A DNA stretch of 64,000 bases, taken from contig FR890814.1 in assembly GCA_000433035.1 (NCBI GenBank), positions 5,443-69,442 on the forward strand. The letters are read 5' to 3'. A model generated the notes under the pieces. The model was given only the letters and a program-made list of their open reading frames with translations. It was not told where the DNA came from and ran no database searches. The stretch is from Staphylococcus sp. CAG:324. GTDB taxonomy: Bacteria; Bacillota_I; Bacilli_A; ML615J-28; CAG-313. Positions within the stretch are counted from its first letter, which is position 1; every line of letters begins with the position of its first letter. Of this stretch, positions 1-8,622 are shown one piece after another. Position numbers and translations under genes: made by a program.

Positions 1-347
1 TCTTCAGTTTCTTTATATTTAATCAATCGATGGGTTTTCCAATTTCCATCTATGTATACATAATCTCCTTCTTCAAAACCTTCCATATTATATGTTAATT
101 TATATGGAAATACAGATCCTTCTATATTTAATTTCCATCCTTTTGAATTTCCAATTGGTCTTTCTTCATAATCTGTTTTCTGATAATGACTATTATATAA
201 TAATGACACCATTATTTGGTAGTTTCCTCCACCTAATGCGAATAACGGATACTCATAAATCATTCTTCCCGTTTTAATATGAACATCAACTTTTCCTACA
301 CTATTATGATAACTTATTTCTGATTTATTAATTTTGCTATCATCCAT
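1..347 (-). CDS. Hypothetical protein, N-terminal fragment whose 3' end lies beyond the window start. It is Tyr/Asp/Gly-rich and possibly YD/RHS-like.
   Basis: Minus-strand ATG at 345-347, 3 nt downstream of the preceding stop. The frame stays open to position 1 (MDDSKINKSEISYHNSVGKVDVHIKTGRMIYEYPLFALGGGNYQ...). It is absent from the ORF track because no stop falls inside the window. Confidence 0.35.
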   Translation of the reverse strand, partial: MDDSKINKSEISYHNSVGKVDVHIKTGRMIYEYPLFALGGGNYQIMVSLLYNSHYQKTDYEERPIGNSKGWKLNIEGSVFPYKLTYNMEGFEEGDYVYIDGNWKTHRLIKYKETE

Positions 348-350
348 TTT

Positions 351-1730
351 CTACCACCCTAATTCTTTTAGGACTTTTTCAACTACTTCACTATCTTTTA
401 TTAGTTTCATTGTCGTTTCACTATTACATAATACTCTTCTATTTCCTCTACCACTGATGAAAATAACATCCCCCTCTTTAGAATCAACAATTGCTTCCCT
501 TATTGCTTGCTCTCTATCTTCTATTATCTTTGAAGAAACTTTATCTTCTAAATATCCTTTTAATTCCAAACAGATATCTAGCACTTTTTCTTTGCCATTG
601 TCGCTTTCTGTTAGATATACATCATCTACCTTTTCTTTTAATAACTCCATTGCATACTTTCTTGCTTTTTTACGACTAGCTATAAAATCCGTCGTTTTAA
701 ATCTTGGCTCCCAATTTTGATATCCGTAACCCATTGAACCGATTACAACTTTAATTTGATTGATTTCTTTCTTATCTTTTAGCTTTTGTAAACTTTCTAA
801 TACTTTTGGTAAATGACTATCTATCACTATCATTCTACCTTTTCTTTGATAAACTTCTGATCTTCCTGGTATTTTAATTTTTTGAATACATGTATTATAC
901 TCATTGATATCAAACATTCCCATTGCTTCTAAAACAGTGAGTGCTCCTACAATATTTAATGCATTATAATCCATCATCATTTCCGTTTTTAATGCATATG
1001 TTTTATTTTTAACTTTAACTTTCATTTGCAAGCCTGCTTTTGTACTTTCTAGTTCATATAATAGACTCGTTATATCTTCTTTATTTACTCCCTTTACTGT
1101 CGCAATATAATTGCTACTATAAACATACTTTTTACACTCATTTGCTTCTAACAATTCTTCTAAAAATTCTTTATCATAATCTTCAAAACCATAGATACAT
1201 AAGCTTTCTTTTTCCATTCCCTCAAAGAAGGATTTCTTTATTGCTTTGTACTCTTCTTTGCTATATTGATCTTCATTATGTAATGCATTGAAATTAGTTA
1301 ATACTCTAACATCAAATGGTATATCTTTTGTTAAGCCCTTTTCAATTGCGGTTTCATTAACCTCTAACACTAAGTATTCTGCTCCATATGCTTCTACTTC
1401 TTCAATGATTTCTAATACATCATCTTCACTATTAAATGTTATTTCGCATGCTTCATCTGGTCTAATAATGGTTGCAGGAGAATCTATTTTTGCACTACTA
1501 TATAATACACTTTTCTTTCCCAATCTTTTTAAATACTCATGTATTATATTAGCGACCGTTGTTTTTCCACTGCTACCTGTTATTCCGATAATTTTTATTT
1601 CTTCTTTTCTGTTTTTTTCTTTTGTTACTCCACATTTAAATTCTGCTTTTAATCTTTTTATTTTTCTTGCTTGTTTATTTCTTAGTTCTTTATTGTTTTC
1701 TAATTTTTCTCTTAATTTTGATAGTTTCAT
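351..1730 (-). CDS. Mur ligase family protein. It has the central ATP-binding domain and the C-terminal domain but no N-terminal Mur domain (MurT/CapB/FPGS-like architecture).
   Basis: P-loop GITGSSGKTT and DIPFDVRVLTNFN (Mur ligase central domain). The start was moved to the internal ATG (MKLSKL) preceded by AAAGGAG 8 nt upstream. The track start at 1793 would overlap the upstream gene by 47 nt. Confidence 0.55.
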   Translation of the reverse strand: MKLSKLREKLENNKELRNKQARKIKRLKAEFKCGVTKEKNRKEEIKIIGITGSSGKTTVANIIHEYLKRLGKKSVLYSSAKIDSPATIIRPDEACEITFNSEDDVLEIIEEVEAYGAEYLVLEVNETAIEKGLTKDIPFDVRVLTNFNALHNEDQYSKEEYKAIKKSFFEGMEKESLCIYGFEDYDKEFLEELLEANECKKYVYSSNYIATVKGVNKEDITSLLYELESTKAGLQMKVKVKNKTYALKTEMMMDYNALNIVGALTVLEAMGMFDINEYNTCIQKIKIPGRSEVYQRKGRMIVIDSHLPKVLESLQKLKDKKEINQIKVVIGSMGYGYQNWEPRFKTTDFIASRKKARKYAMELLKEKVDDVYLTESDNGKEKVLDICLELKGYLEDKVSSKIIEDREQAIREAIVDSKEGDVIFISGRGNRRVLCNSETTMKLIKDSEVVEKVLKELGW

Positions 1731-1746
1731 TTTTCTTTCTCCTTTG

Positions 1747-2826
1747 TTAGTCATCTGGGGTAATGGATGCATAATAATATTTGACACTTCCATTTAGACT
1801 TCCCAATTTTATTTCTCTATCACTAGACAAATAAATATGAACTGTAAATGTATATTCTACATAACTTGTTCCCATCATTGCGTTTAAATCCGTTGTTTCT
1901 TTTACTTCTACTTTTACTAAACTTGAATCATTTGCCTTTATCGATACTTCTATCGCACTGGAATAATTATTTTCTACTTCTATATATAATTTTTCACCAT
2001 TGCTTGATGCAATTGTTAACTCATCGGTTTTTAAACTACCTTTTTCTTGTGTCCAACTTACCGCATATGTTTTTGGTAAAAAACTTGTTGATATTACTTC
2101 TACTACAAAATTTTTGGTTGTTGTTACACTTTCATATGTAATTGTTGCTTCTAAGGTTGAATAGGCATCGCTCTCTCCATTATGTACATTGGCTGTATTT
2201 CCTGTAATTGTAATAGATGTTCCCGTTTTAACTACCCATGTAATACTCGAACCATTTGATCCTGCTGATGGTAAAGTAAAATCCGTAGTTACTTTTGTAT
2301 CAATTCTTAAATTATTGCTATCTTCTTCTACTCTTTCGCTTGGTGTCATTTCTCTTAATAAAACTGTTACATGAAAAACTTGTATTGCCTCAGCACTACC
2401 ATAACTCACTCGAGCTTTTAACAAAGGATTTTGTTCATATAACTTTCTATTAACCTTTGCTATATTTTCTTCTATCTCTATTCCTTCTCCTTCAACACTC
2501 CATACAATACTTGATCCATTGATACCTTTTGTTGGCAAAGGAAAATCTTGTGTAATTGCTTCCACATCCACTTCTAATTCTATTTTACTTGCGTCATATT
2601 CTACTCTTTCTTCATCACTCATACTTAAAATTTCTGTTACTTTACTTCTAATTATTAAATCTAAATTTGTTGCATTTATCTGCGTACCTTCTTCATAGAC
2701 TTCCCCTTCATCCCTTTTGACTTCTACTAATAGTACTTCTATTTCACCATTTTCGTTATACTCAATTTCTTCTACTTCTAATCTTCTTCGATTCGGAAAT
2801 TCTGTATTTCTATCTTTTATTTGCAT
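1747..2826 (-). CDS. Phage tail-fibre-like protein. The N-terminus carries an FPNRRRL...EGTQINATNLD motif, followed by two bacterial Ig-like (ABIg-type) repeats.
   Basis: Repeated DFPLPTKGINGSSIVWSVEG / DFTLPSAGSNGSSITWVVKTG motifs. The N-terminal motif is typical of prophage tail-fibre/XkdV-like proteins in Firmicutes. RBS AAGGAG lies 9 nt upstream. Confidence 0.45.
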   Translation of the reverse strand: MQIKDRNTEFPNRRRLEVEEIEYNENGEIEVLLVEVKRDEGEVYEEGTQINATNLDLIIRSKVTEILSMSDEERVEYDASKIELEVDVEAITQDFPLPTKGINGSSIVWSVEGEGIEIEENIAKVNRKLYEQNPLLKARVSYGSAEAIQVFHVTVLLREMTPSERVEEDSNNLRIDTKVTTDFTLPSAGSNGSSITWVVKTGTSITITGNTANVHNGESDAYSTLEATITYESVTTTKNFVVEVISTSFLPKTYAVSWTQEKGSLKTDELTIASSNGEKLYIEVENNYSSAIEVSIKANDSSLVKVEVKETTDLNAMMGTSYVEYTFTVHIYLSSDREIKLGSLNGSVKYYYASITPDD

Positions 2827-2830
2827 TTTC

Positions 2831-3112
2831 TTATTCTCCTTTATTTAATATTTGTTTTATAATTTGATTTGTTCCTGTGGCACTTTCTCCACTAGCAATT
2901 CCTACCACTATGGCTATCCATATATTTTCTGCTTTAAATATTATCTCTGGATTTGTTAGATATATCAATATTCCTAAAATTCCACCCACAATTGCCATCA
3001 CTATTGGTATCAATTTCTTTGCCTCTTTTTTCTTTCTAAATATTACTTTGTATATTTCTCCTATTATATAGCATAGCACTACTATAATTGGTATACTTGT
3101 AAATTCCACCAT
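2831..3112 (-). CDS. Phage holin, A118/Phage_holin_5-like, with three predicted TM segments.
   Basis: TM1, then a K-rich loop, then LIPIVMAIVGGILGIL, then IVVGIASGESATGTNQ. This parallels the Listeria A118 Hol layout (...WLPTVSILIGAILGAL...AGALAGAGGTGLFEQ). RBS AAAGGAG is present. Confidence 0.5.
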   Translation of the reverse strand: MVEFTSIPIIVVLCYIIGEIYKVIFRKKKEAKKLIPIVMAIVGGILGILIYLTNPEIIFKAENIWIAIVVGIASGESATGTNQIIKQILNKGE

Positions 3113-3273
3113 TTTTCTCCTTTCTGATATCTTGTGGTTAGCTACTCCTTTTGATATCCCTGATTTGTAAACAATTAATTAATCTTTACTCCTTCTATTA
3201 TACTTTTCTCTCTTTTCTTTTTTGGTACACTTTGTCCTAAATTTTTCTTTCAATAAAGGGCTTTTTTATTTAG

Positions 3274-3297
3274 TTTTAAGACATATTTGTCTTAAAA
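3274..3297. repeat. Perfect 10-bp inverted repeat TTTTAAGACA-tatt-TGTCTTAAAA in the holin upstream region.
   Basis: Read directly from the sequence. It lies between the ImmA-like gene's 3' end and the holin start. Confidence 0.5.
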
Positions 3298-3301
3298 TAT
3301 T

Positions 3302-3427
3302 AAAAATAGTATTTTTTGTTCATTAAATATATTATTTTTTAGGATACTTTTTCCTAATTTTTTTTAAAAAAATAAAAATAGTATTTTTAAAGTGTCCAAT
3401 TTTGGTGCTTACTTCAAAAATACTATT
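3302..3427. repeat. Two identical direct copies of the 15-mer AAAAATAGTATTTTT (3302-3316 and 3374-3388), plus an inverted partial copy AAAAATACTATT (3416-3427). Each 13-mer is a near-palindrome.
   Basis: Read directly from the sequence. This could be an operator array or simply an AT-rich coincidence. Confidence 0.35.
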
Positions 3428-3434
3428 GTATTTA

Positions 3435-5282
3435 TTATGGTAATCTGATTGATACATCTAATTCTTCTAATCTATTATTCCAAGATGGAAGGCCTTCATT
3501 ATAACATTCTTCAATTAAAAACATAATTATAAAATCTTCTTGTTTTCCTCTATTTCCTATTGTATATCCTGCCTTTTCCATTAATTTATATGTGATTCTT
3601 GGATGTAATTTTAATCCTCCACATATTGCAAGTAGTTTATTTAATTCTGGTATTCTTTTTCCTTTTCGATAATTCCAAATTGTCTTTTCATCTAAAAAAA
3701 CAAGTTCACCTATTATTTTATTAGATTTATATCCCAATTCTTGAATTAAAACATTTAAACATTCTCCAAATGATCCTATCATTTTATCTAAAATTTTACT
3801 TGCTTCGCTTATTTCTTCAAATGCTATATCTGTACATCCCGTAACTCCAATTATCCTACTATTTTGAATTGATTCCATATTCAATTCTAATTTTATATTT
3901 TGTTGGTTACTAGTGTTTTTACAAATATAATAGGAAGAGTATGCCATATTATTTAAATTACTTTGAAAAGTCCCAATTATATTAAAAGCTAGGCAACATT
4001 CATCAACATGTTCTCTTGCATAATCAGTTAAAACTATTTTACCTTTTTTAGATACTTGCACATATTCTTTATGGTTAATCGCAAAAAAGCCATCTGCATA
4101 TATCAGTTTTCTTTCTTTCATTAATGCATCTAACCATTTATTATTTATTCTAAACTGAATGGCTTCCTTAAAACTAATCATATAAGTTAAAGCCTCATCT
4201 TCATTCTGATAATTGAAATAGTATGCTGGCTTATATTCCTTATCAATATAGCAATTGATACCTATTATATTTTTAAAACCTAATTGAAGCAATCTAATTT
4301 TTACAGCTTTTTTAGTGACTTTAAAAAAATTTGCTAAATTAAGAATTGCCCTTTCATATATTTGAGAATTTTTTAAAGTTCCATCTTGGTTTTTAATTTT
4401 TTCAATTGTTGATAAAAATTTTTCAACTGTAACTTTTTTAGGCATTAAAATTCTAGGTGTTAACGCACTTGCTTGCCATTCTAACCACTCTATTTTGTTG
4501 GATATGGACAATGACTTAAATTCTATATCTTCCTTTTTAAATACTATTGGTTTATTTTCTTGATTCAATAGATATTGTAGTTCAAAAAAATTTTTATGAT
4601 ATTCCCAATGGACACATTCATGAATAATTGTATTATTCTGACTTTCAATTAACTTCATAAATTCTGTTTTGTTATTGATTACTATGGTTCCACTTGATAT
4701 AACTCTTTTTTCCTCATTATCCATAGTTTCTTCTGATTCAATAAAATAGGTTTTGCCAAAAATATCTTCATTTAATGGTTCATATATTATTTTTAAATTC
4801 ATTTTATTGGCAATGTCTAAAACAGGCAGAGCCATTGGTTTTTCTAAAGCTTGAGGGCAATATTTTTCTAAAAACTTTGTTGCATGATAATCAAGGGAAG
4901 AAACCGAAAAATAGGGAATTAAATTTTTTGATAAATTCTTCTCTGCCTTATATTGCTTTTTTACATACTCTTCACATTTTAATAAATTCAAATTTTTTAA
5001 ACCATGGTTCAGTTCTGCTTCATAGAGTAATCCTAACCAATATTCAATAATATTTTTGTTTTTTACTTCTATTAATAATTTTAGTGAAACATAAAATTTG
5101 ATTTGATTACATTTTTCGCCTTTTTCAAAAGTAATTTTCATTACTTTGAATTTCTTTAAATTCCAATTATCATCATTTATACATATTTTATTCTCATTTA
5201 TGTATTGAGTTATAATTTTTGTTAATTGTAAACCATACTTTTTTTCAAAATATTCTTTAAAATCCCTATATTTAGTATTCAC
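3435..5282 (-). CDS. Large ImmA/IrrE-family (peptidase M78) metallopeptidase-domain protein of 615 aa.
   Basis: HExxHxxxH motif (IHECVHWEYH) followed by EWQASALTPRILMP, which is the ImmA/IrrE signature. The C-terminal ~300 aa is of unknown function. The gene has a GTG start preceded by GGAGG. Confidence 0.5.
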   Translation of the reverse strand: MNTKYRDFKEYFEKKYGLQLTKIITQYINENKICINDDNWNLKKFKVMKITFEKGEKCNQIKFYVSLKLLIEVKNKNIIEYWLGLLYEAELNHGLKNLNLLKCEEYVKKQYKAEKNLSKNLIPYFSVSSLDYHATKFLEKYCPQALEKPMALPVLDIANKMNLKIIYEPLNEDIFGKTYFIESEETMDNEEKRVISSGTIVINNKTEFMKLIESQNNTIIHECVHWEYHKNFFELQYLLNQENKPIVFKKEDIEFKSLSISNKIEWLEWQASALTPRILMPKKVTVEKFLSTIEKIKNQDGTLKNSQIYERAILNLANFFKVTKKAVKIRLLQLGFKNIIGINCYIDKEYKPAYYFNYQNEDEALTYMISFKEAIQFRINNKWLDALMKERKLIYADGFFAINHKEYVQVSKKGKIVLTDYAREHVDECCLAFNIIGTFQSNLNNMAYSSYYICKNTSNQQNIKLELNMESIQNSRIIGVTGCTDIAFEEISEASKILDKMIGSFGECLNVLIQELGYKSNKIIGELVFLDEKTIWNYRKGKRIPELNKLLAICGGLKLHPRITYKLMEKAGYTIGNRGKQEDFIIMFLIEECYNEGLPSWNNRLEELDVSIRLP

Positions 5283-5428
5283 AATGCCCCGCCTCCATAT
5301 AATCTTTCAACATATTATATCAAATTATGACATTATTTTCCAATTATTTTATAAATATATTTTCTAAATATAAAAAAGGATTAATCAAAAATTAAATTTG
5401 CTTGATTAATTCCTTTTATATTCAAATA

Positions 5429-7165
5429 TTATTCACTAATCTTCTCTAATAATAATACTAAATTATACCCTGAATTTTCCTTATAAGTAATATCAATTTT
5501 ATCACCTACTTGTAAAAATCTAGCATCTAAACATAAGTTAACATCTACTTCAAAATAAACATTTTGATGCTCTTCAACCATAAATTGAATCTTATTACCC
5601 AAATCTCTAATTCTACTTACAGTAACAGTTTCTTTTTCTTCGTTACCTGAGGAAATAATACCTTTGTTAGCAAGCAATAATTCGTATTCTTGTTTAGCTG
5701 CCTCTAATGTATCACCCATTGCCACTAGCGTTCCATCTTCAACATTAATTAAAACTATCTTTTGTGATAGAACATCATTTTTTAAAACTACAAAATAAGT
5801 CGGAACCTTATGATATGTAATTAATATCGGCCAAGTTGAATCTAAATTTTGTGCTTTTACCCTCTCATCATTTTGTGCAATTTCTCTAGCACGCATTTCT
5901 GTAATACCAGGATTGCTATAACGAATACTTTCTTTCGTCTTTAAATTGATGGTAATAAACCCAATTGAAGTTTGATCATTAGAATTAGGTGATGTAATAC
6001 AAGATACATAATATGTATTGCCATCTTTGATAAAATAATTGTATCCATCGCTTAACTGAAAAACTTCCTTTTTGGCAAACAAAGTATTCCAAAAGCCATT
6101 TTTATATGTCAAAGCATTATCCGCTTGTTTGGCGACAACTGCTTCATCCACTGCCCTTTGAAGCCAATCCGGTTTATGATTATCATTTAAAGCATAATGC
6201 GTCATCTTTCCACTACGAGGATCAACAACTAATACTCCATTTGGCGTTTCACCTGAAAATACACCAATTTCTTTTTTTATCGTCGGAATAACCCAATAAG
6301 GATTGCCATCATTATCAATCTCAAAATATTTGTCATTATACATTAATGTTGGATAATTGGTTCTAATATGCCGATCTAAATCTTTACCAAAGATAGCTGA
6401 TGGCATATATTTTAAACCCTCTCCATCTGGATATGCAACAAGTTTTGCTTCTTGAGTTATCACATTTACTTCAATATATCCAATTGTTCCTTTATCACCA
6501 CGCGATAAGGCAACAAAAGGTGTGGCATATTCAAGGGGAGTAACTCTTATTAACTCTGTTTTGTCATTACGATTGACACTAATCAAAGTAAAATTATCAT
6601 AATCAATAGAATATTGAGATCCATATTCATCAAGACGAGCTTCTGCTAGACGAAAAGCTAAATCTTTATCAATACGAGGTAACAATACTTCTCCTGAATC
6701 ATAATCAAAAATCGTATTTAAATCCTCACTATTGCCCTGTTTTATTTCTAATTGATTAGCATAAGCCTTTGCGTTAAAAATTTTAAGACCTGTCAAATTA
6801 AACAAGATAATTATCCCCAAAAAAATACAAACAACAAGAAAAATACCTCTCATTATTAAATGGTTTGTTTGATATTTATCAGTTATATCTTTAAATACTT
6901 TCTCAAATTTGCCTGTTCTTTTATTAAAACGATAAGTTGTATATTTCGTATTTTTATCATTTTTTTGATATCTCTTTTTGATTATAGCATAAATAATTGC
7001 TACAGGAAATGCCAACACAAGCATCAAATAAAAATAAAAACTAATATCTCTAAAATTTAAAAAGGGCAACCAAAAATACCAAAATAAAAACAAGGATAAT
7101 AAATAAACGATATAAATGACAATGTAGTGTTTAGATAACCATTCACATTTTTTCTTTTCTTCCAT
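5429..7165 (-). CDS. Membrane protein with three N-terminal TM helices and a large C-terminal extracytoplasmic domain. Function unknown.
   Basis: The ORF is 578 aa. Hydrophobic segments are at residues ~15-35, ~40-62 and ~103-125. RBS AGGAG is present. Confidence 0.5.
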   Translation of the reverse strand: MEEKKKCEWLSKHYIVIYIVYLLSLFLFWYFWLPFLNFRDISFYFYLMLVLAFPVAIIYAIIKKRYQKNDKNTKYTTYRFNKRTGKFEKVFKDITDKYQTNHLIMRGIFLVVCIFLGIIILFNLTGLKIFNAKAYANQLEIKQGNSEDLNTIFDYDSGEVLLPRIDKDLAFRLAEARLDEYGSQYSIDYDNFTLISVNRNDKTELIRVTPLEYATPFVALSRGDKGTIGYIEVNVITQEAKLVAYPDGEGLKYMPSAIFGKDLDRHIRTNYPTLMYNDKYFEIDNDGNPYWVIPTIKKEIGVFSGETPNGVLVVDPRSGKMTHYALNDNHKPDWLQRAVDEAVVAKQADNALTYKNGFWNTLFAKKEVFQLSDGYNYFIKDGNTYYVSCITSPNSNDQTSIGFITINLKTKESIRYSNPGITEMRAREIAQNDERVKAQNLDSTWPILITYHKVPTYFVVLKNDVLSQKIVLINVEDGTLVAMGDTLEAAKQEYELLLANKGIISSGNEEKETVTVSRIRDLGNKIQFMVEEHQNVYFEVDVNLCLDARFLQVGDKIDITYKENSGYNLVLLLEKISE

Positions 7166-7174
7166 TTTTTTCTC

Positions 7175-7627
7175 CTATTCATAAATCACATTTTTTAAAT
7201 CTATTCTCATCTCACCAATCACATGATTTAAATATTTTTGAAAAGCCTTAGCTTCTTCTAAAAATTTTGTAAGATATTTTATTTTAATTTCTTCACTACA
7301 TGTATTCATTTCATTATATTTAAAATATCGGTGAACAAGTTGATTTCTTTTTGACAATATGCTTTCTAAATAATCCATATCATCACTTGGCAAAACATCA
7401 TATTTTCTGACAATTCCCATTAATTGACCAAAAGTCATATTTTCCATTTCCTCTGCTAATTTTTTAGTTTCTTCATCTATTTTTTGAAAATAAAGTGGAG
7501 AAACCTTCTTATATTTTGTAAAGACATTTAAAATTTTTGCAATTTTTGTTCCTTCAATTAAATAATGTTCTATATTTTGTACACTTTCAATTATCTTCCC
7601 TACTAAATAATATGTATCATTTTCCAT
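7175..7627 (-). CDS. Hypothetical protein of 150 aa.
   Basis: Intact ORF in an operon-like arrangement with the flanking minus-strand genes. Confidence 0.4.
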   Translation of the reverse strand: MENDTYYLVGKIIESVQNIEHYLIEGTKIAKILNVFTKYKKVSPLYFQKIDEETKKLAEEMENMTFGQLMGIVRKYDVLPSDDMDYLESILSKRNQLVHRYFKYNEMNTCSEEIKIKYLTKFLEEAKAFQKYLNHVIGEMRIDLKNVIYE

Positions 7628-7637
7628 AGTTTATTCC

Positions 7638-8363
7638 TTAATATAAATTTCTAATTCTATTTCTATATTTTTTATATAATACTTCATTATGTTCATCACC
7701 ACCTATCGTATTAGCGCTTTGGTAGATAGGTGCAATTATATGATTTTCATCATACAATCGAATAACTTCTAAAACTAAACTTTGTGCAATAAAGCTGCCT
7801 ATAATACTAGATACTGAACCAATTTTTGTACCTTGATATTCAAAAACACCATCTCCATATGGTACATGATTATCAATAACGATGTCTGCTAACTCATATA
7901 ATTTTTTGCCATTCATTGTTCTAGATTTACTTTTTTTAGATAGATCAACACTTGTAATTACAATGAGTGGATGATGATTTGCTTTAACAATTTCCGCCAT
8001 TTCCACTGGAACTGCATTAATACCTGAATTAGAAACAATGATAAACGGTTCTTTTTCTTTTTTGTTAATTGCATTGAAAATGATTGTAGCAAGACCCGTC
8101 ATCCTTTCTAATTGTGTACTTCTAATTGCACCTTCATGTTGCATTAAAAAAGGTTCTAAAATAGGATTGATACCAACTAGACCACCCGAACGATAAAATA
8201 ACTCTTCACAAAACATATGTGAATGTCCTGTTGCAAAAACATGTACTAGATTATTCTTTACTAATGAATCATACATTACTTTTGCCGCAAGTTCCATCTT
8301 ATTTTTTTCCTCAATACTAACTTTTGTTAAAATTTTATTTACTTCTTGTAAAAAACTATCCAT
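7638..8363 (-). CDS. SIS-domain protein (UPF0309-type sugar isomerase domain).
   Basis: HVFATGHSHM...VSNSGINAVPVE is typical of SIS-fold sugar phosphate isomerase-like proteins. Confidence 0.55.
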   Translation of the reverse strand: MDSFLQEVNKILTKVSIEEKNKMELAAKVMYDSLVKNNLVHVFATGHSHMFCEELFYRSGGLVGINPILEPFLMQHEGAIRSTQLERMTGLATIIFNAINKKEKEPFIIVSNSGINAVPVEMAEIVKANHHPLIVITSVDLSKKSKSRTMNGKKLYELADIVIDNHVPYGDGVFEYQGTKIGSVSSIIGSFIAQSLVLEVIRLYDENHIIAPIYQSANTIGGDEHNEVLYKKYRNRIRNLY

Positions 8364-8448
8364 TATATCACCAAATATATTTTATCACAATACTATTTTT
8401 TTTTCAAATAAAGATAGCGAATTTTGATGATATAATAAAAATATTGTA

Positions 8449-8598
8449 ATTTATTTGCAAATAAAAAGTTTTTTATTATAATGCTTGACTAGTAAAAGTT
8501 TTAAGAATTCCTCAAACTATGAAGGATATTTATTTTTAAATAATTTTACTTTGTAAGAAGGAGGGTACTAAGATAAAAGCTTGACCTTCTTTTTTTAT
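8449..8598 (+). promoter_or_regulatory. pyrP promoter (TTGCAA-16-TATAAT) and a ~140-nt leader. The leader contains an intrinsic-terminator-like hairpin AAGAAGG...CCTTCTT followed by TTTTTTT (8555-8598), immediately upstream of the RBS.
   Basis: Read directly from the sequence. No plus-strand gene lies upstream, so the terminator sits in the 5' UTR and may act as an attenuator. Confidence 0.4.
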
Positions 8599-8622
8599 AA
8601 CATAATACAACGGAGGAAAAAA

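Noticed and set aside
334-2374. Plus-strand ORFs 334-720, 491-679, 1040-1291, 1288-1797, 1848-2141 and 2189-2374 from the track.
   Set aside because: They lie antisense to well-supported minus-strand genes. They have low-complexity L/S/F-rich translations typical of shadow ORFs in AT-rich DNA, and no RBS.
1-3112. Calling this an intact prophage lysis module.
   Set aside because: No endolysin (amidase, muramidase or glucosaminidase), terminase, capsid or integrase gene is visible in the window. The Mur-ligase-like gene is not a lytic enzyme.
8364-8622. PyrR binding loop (CCAGAGAGGCU-type) upstream of the uracil permease.
   Set aside because: A search of the leader found no such motif. Only a generic hairpin plus T-run is present.
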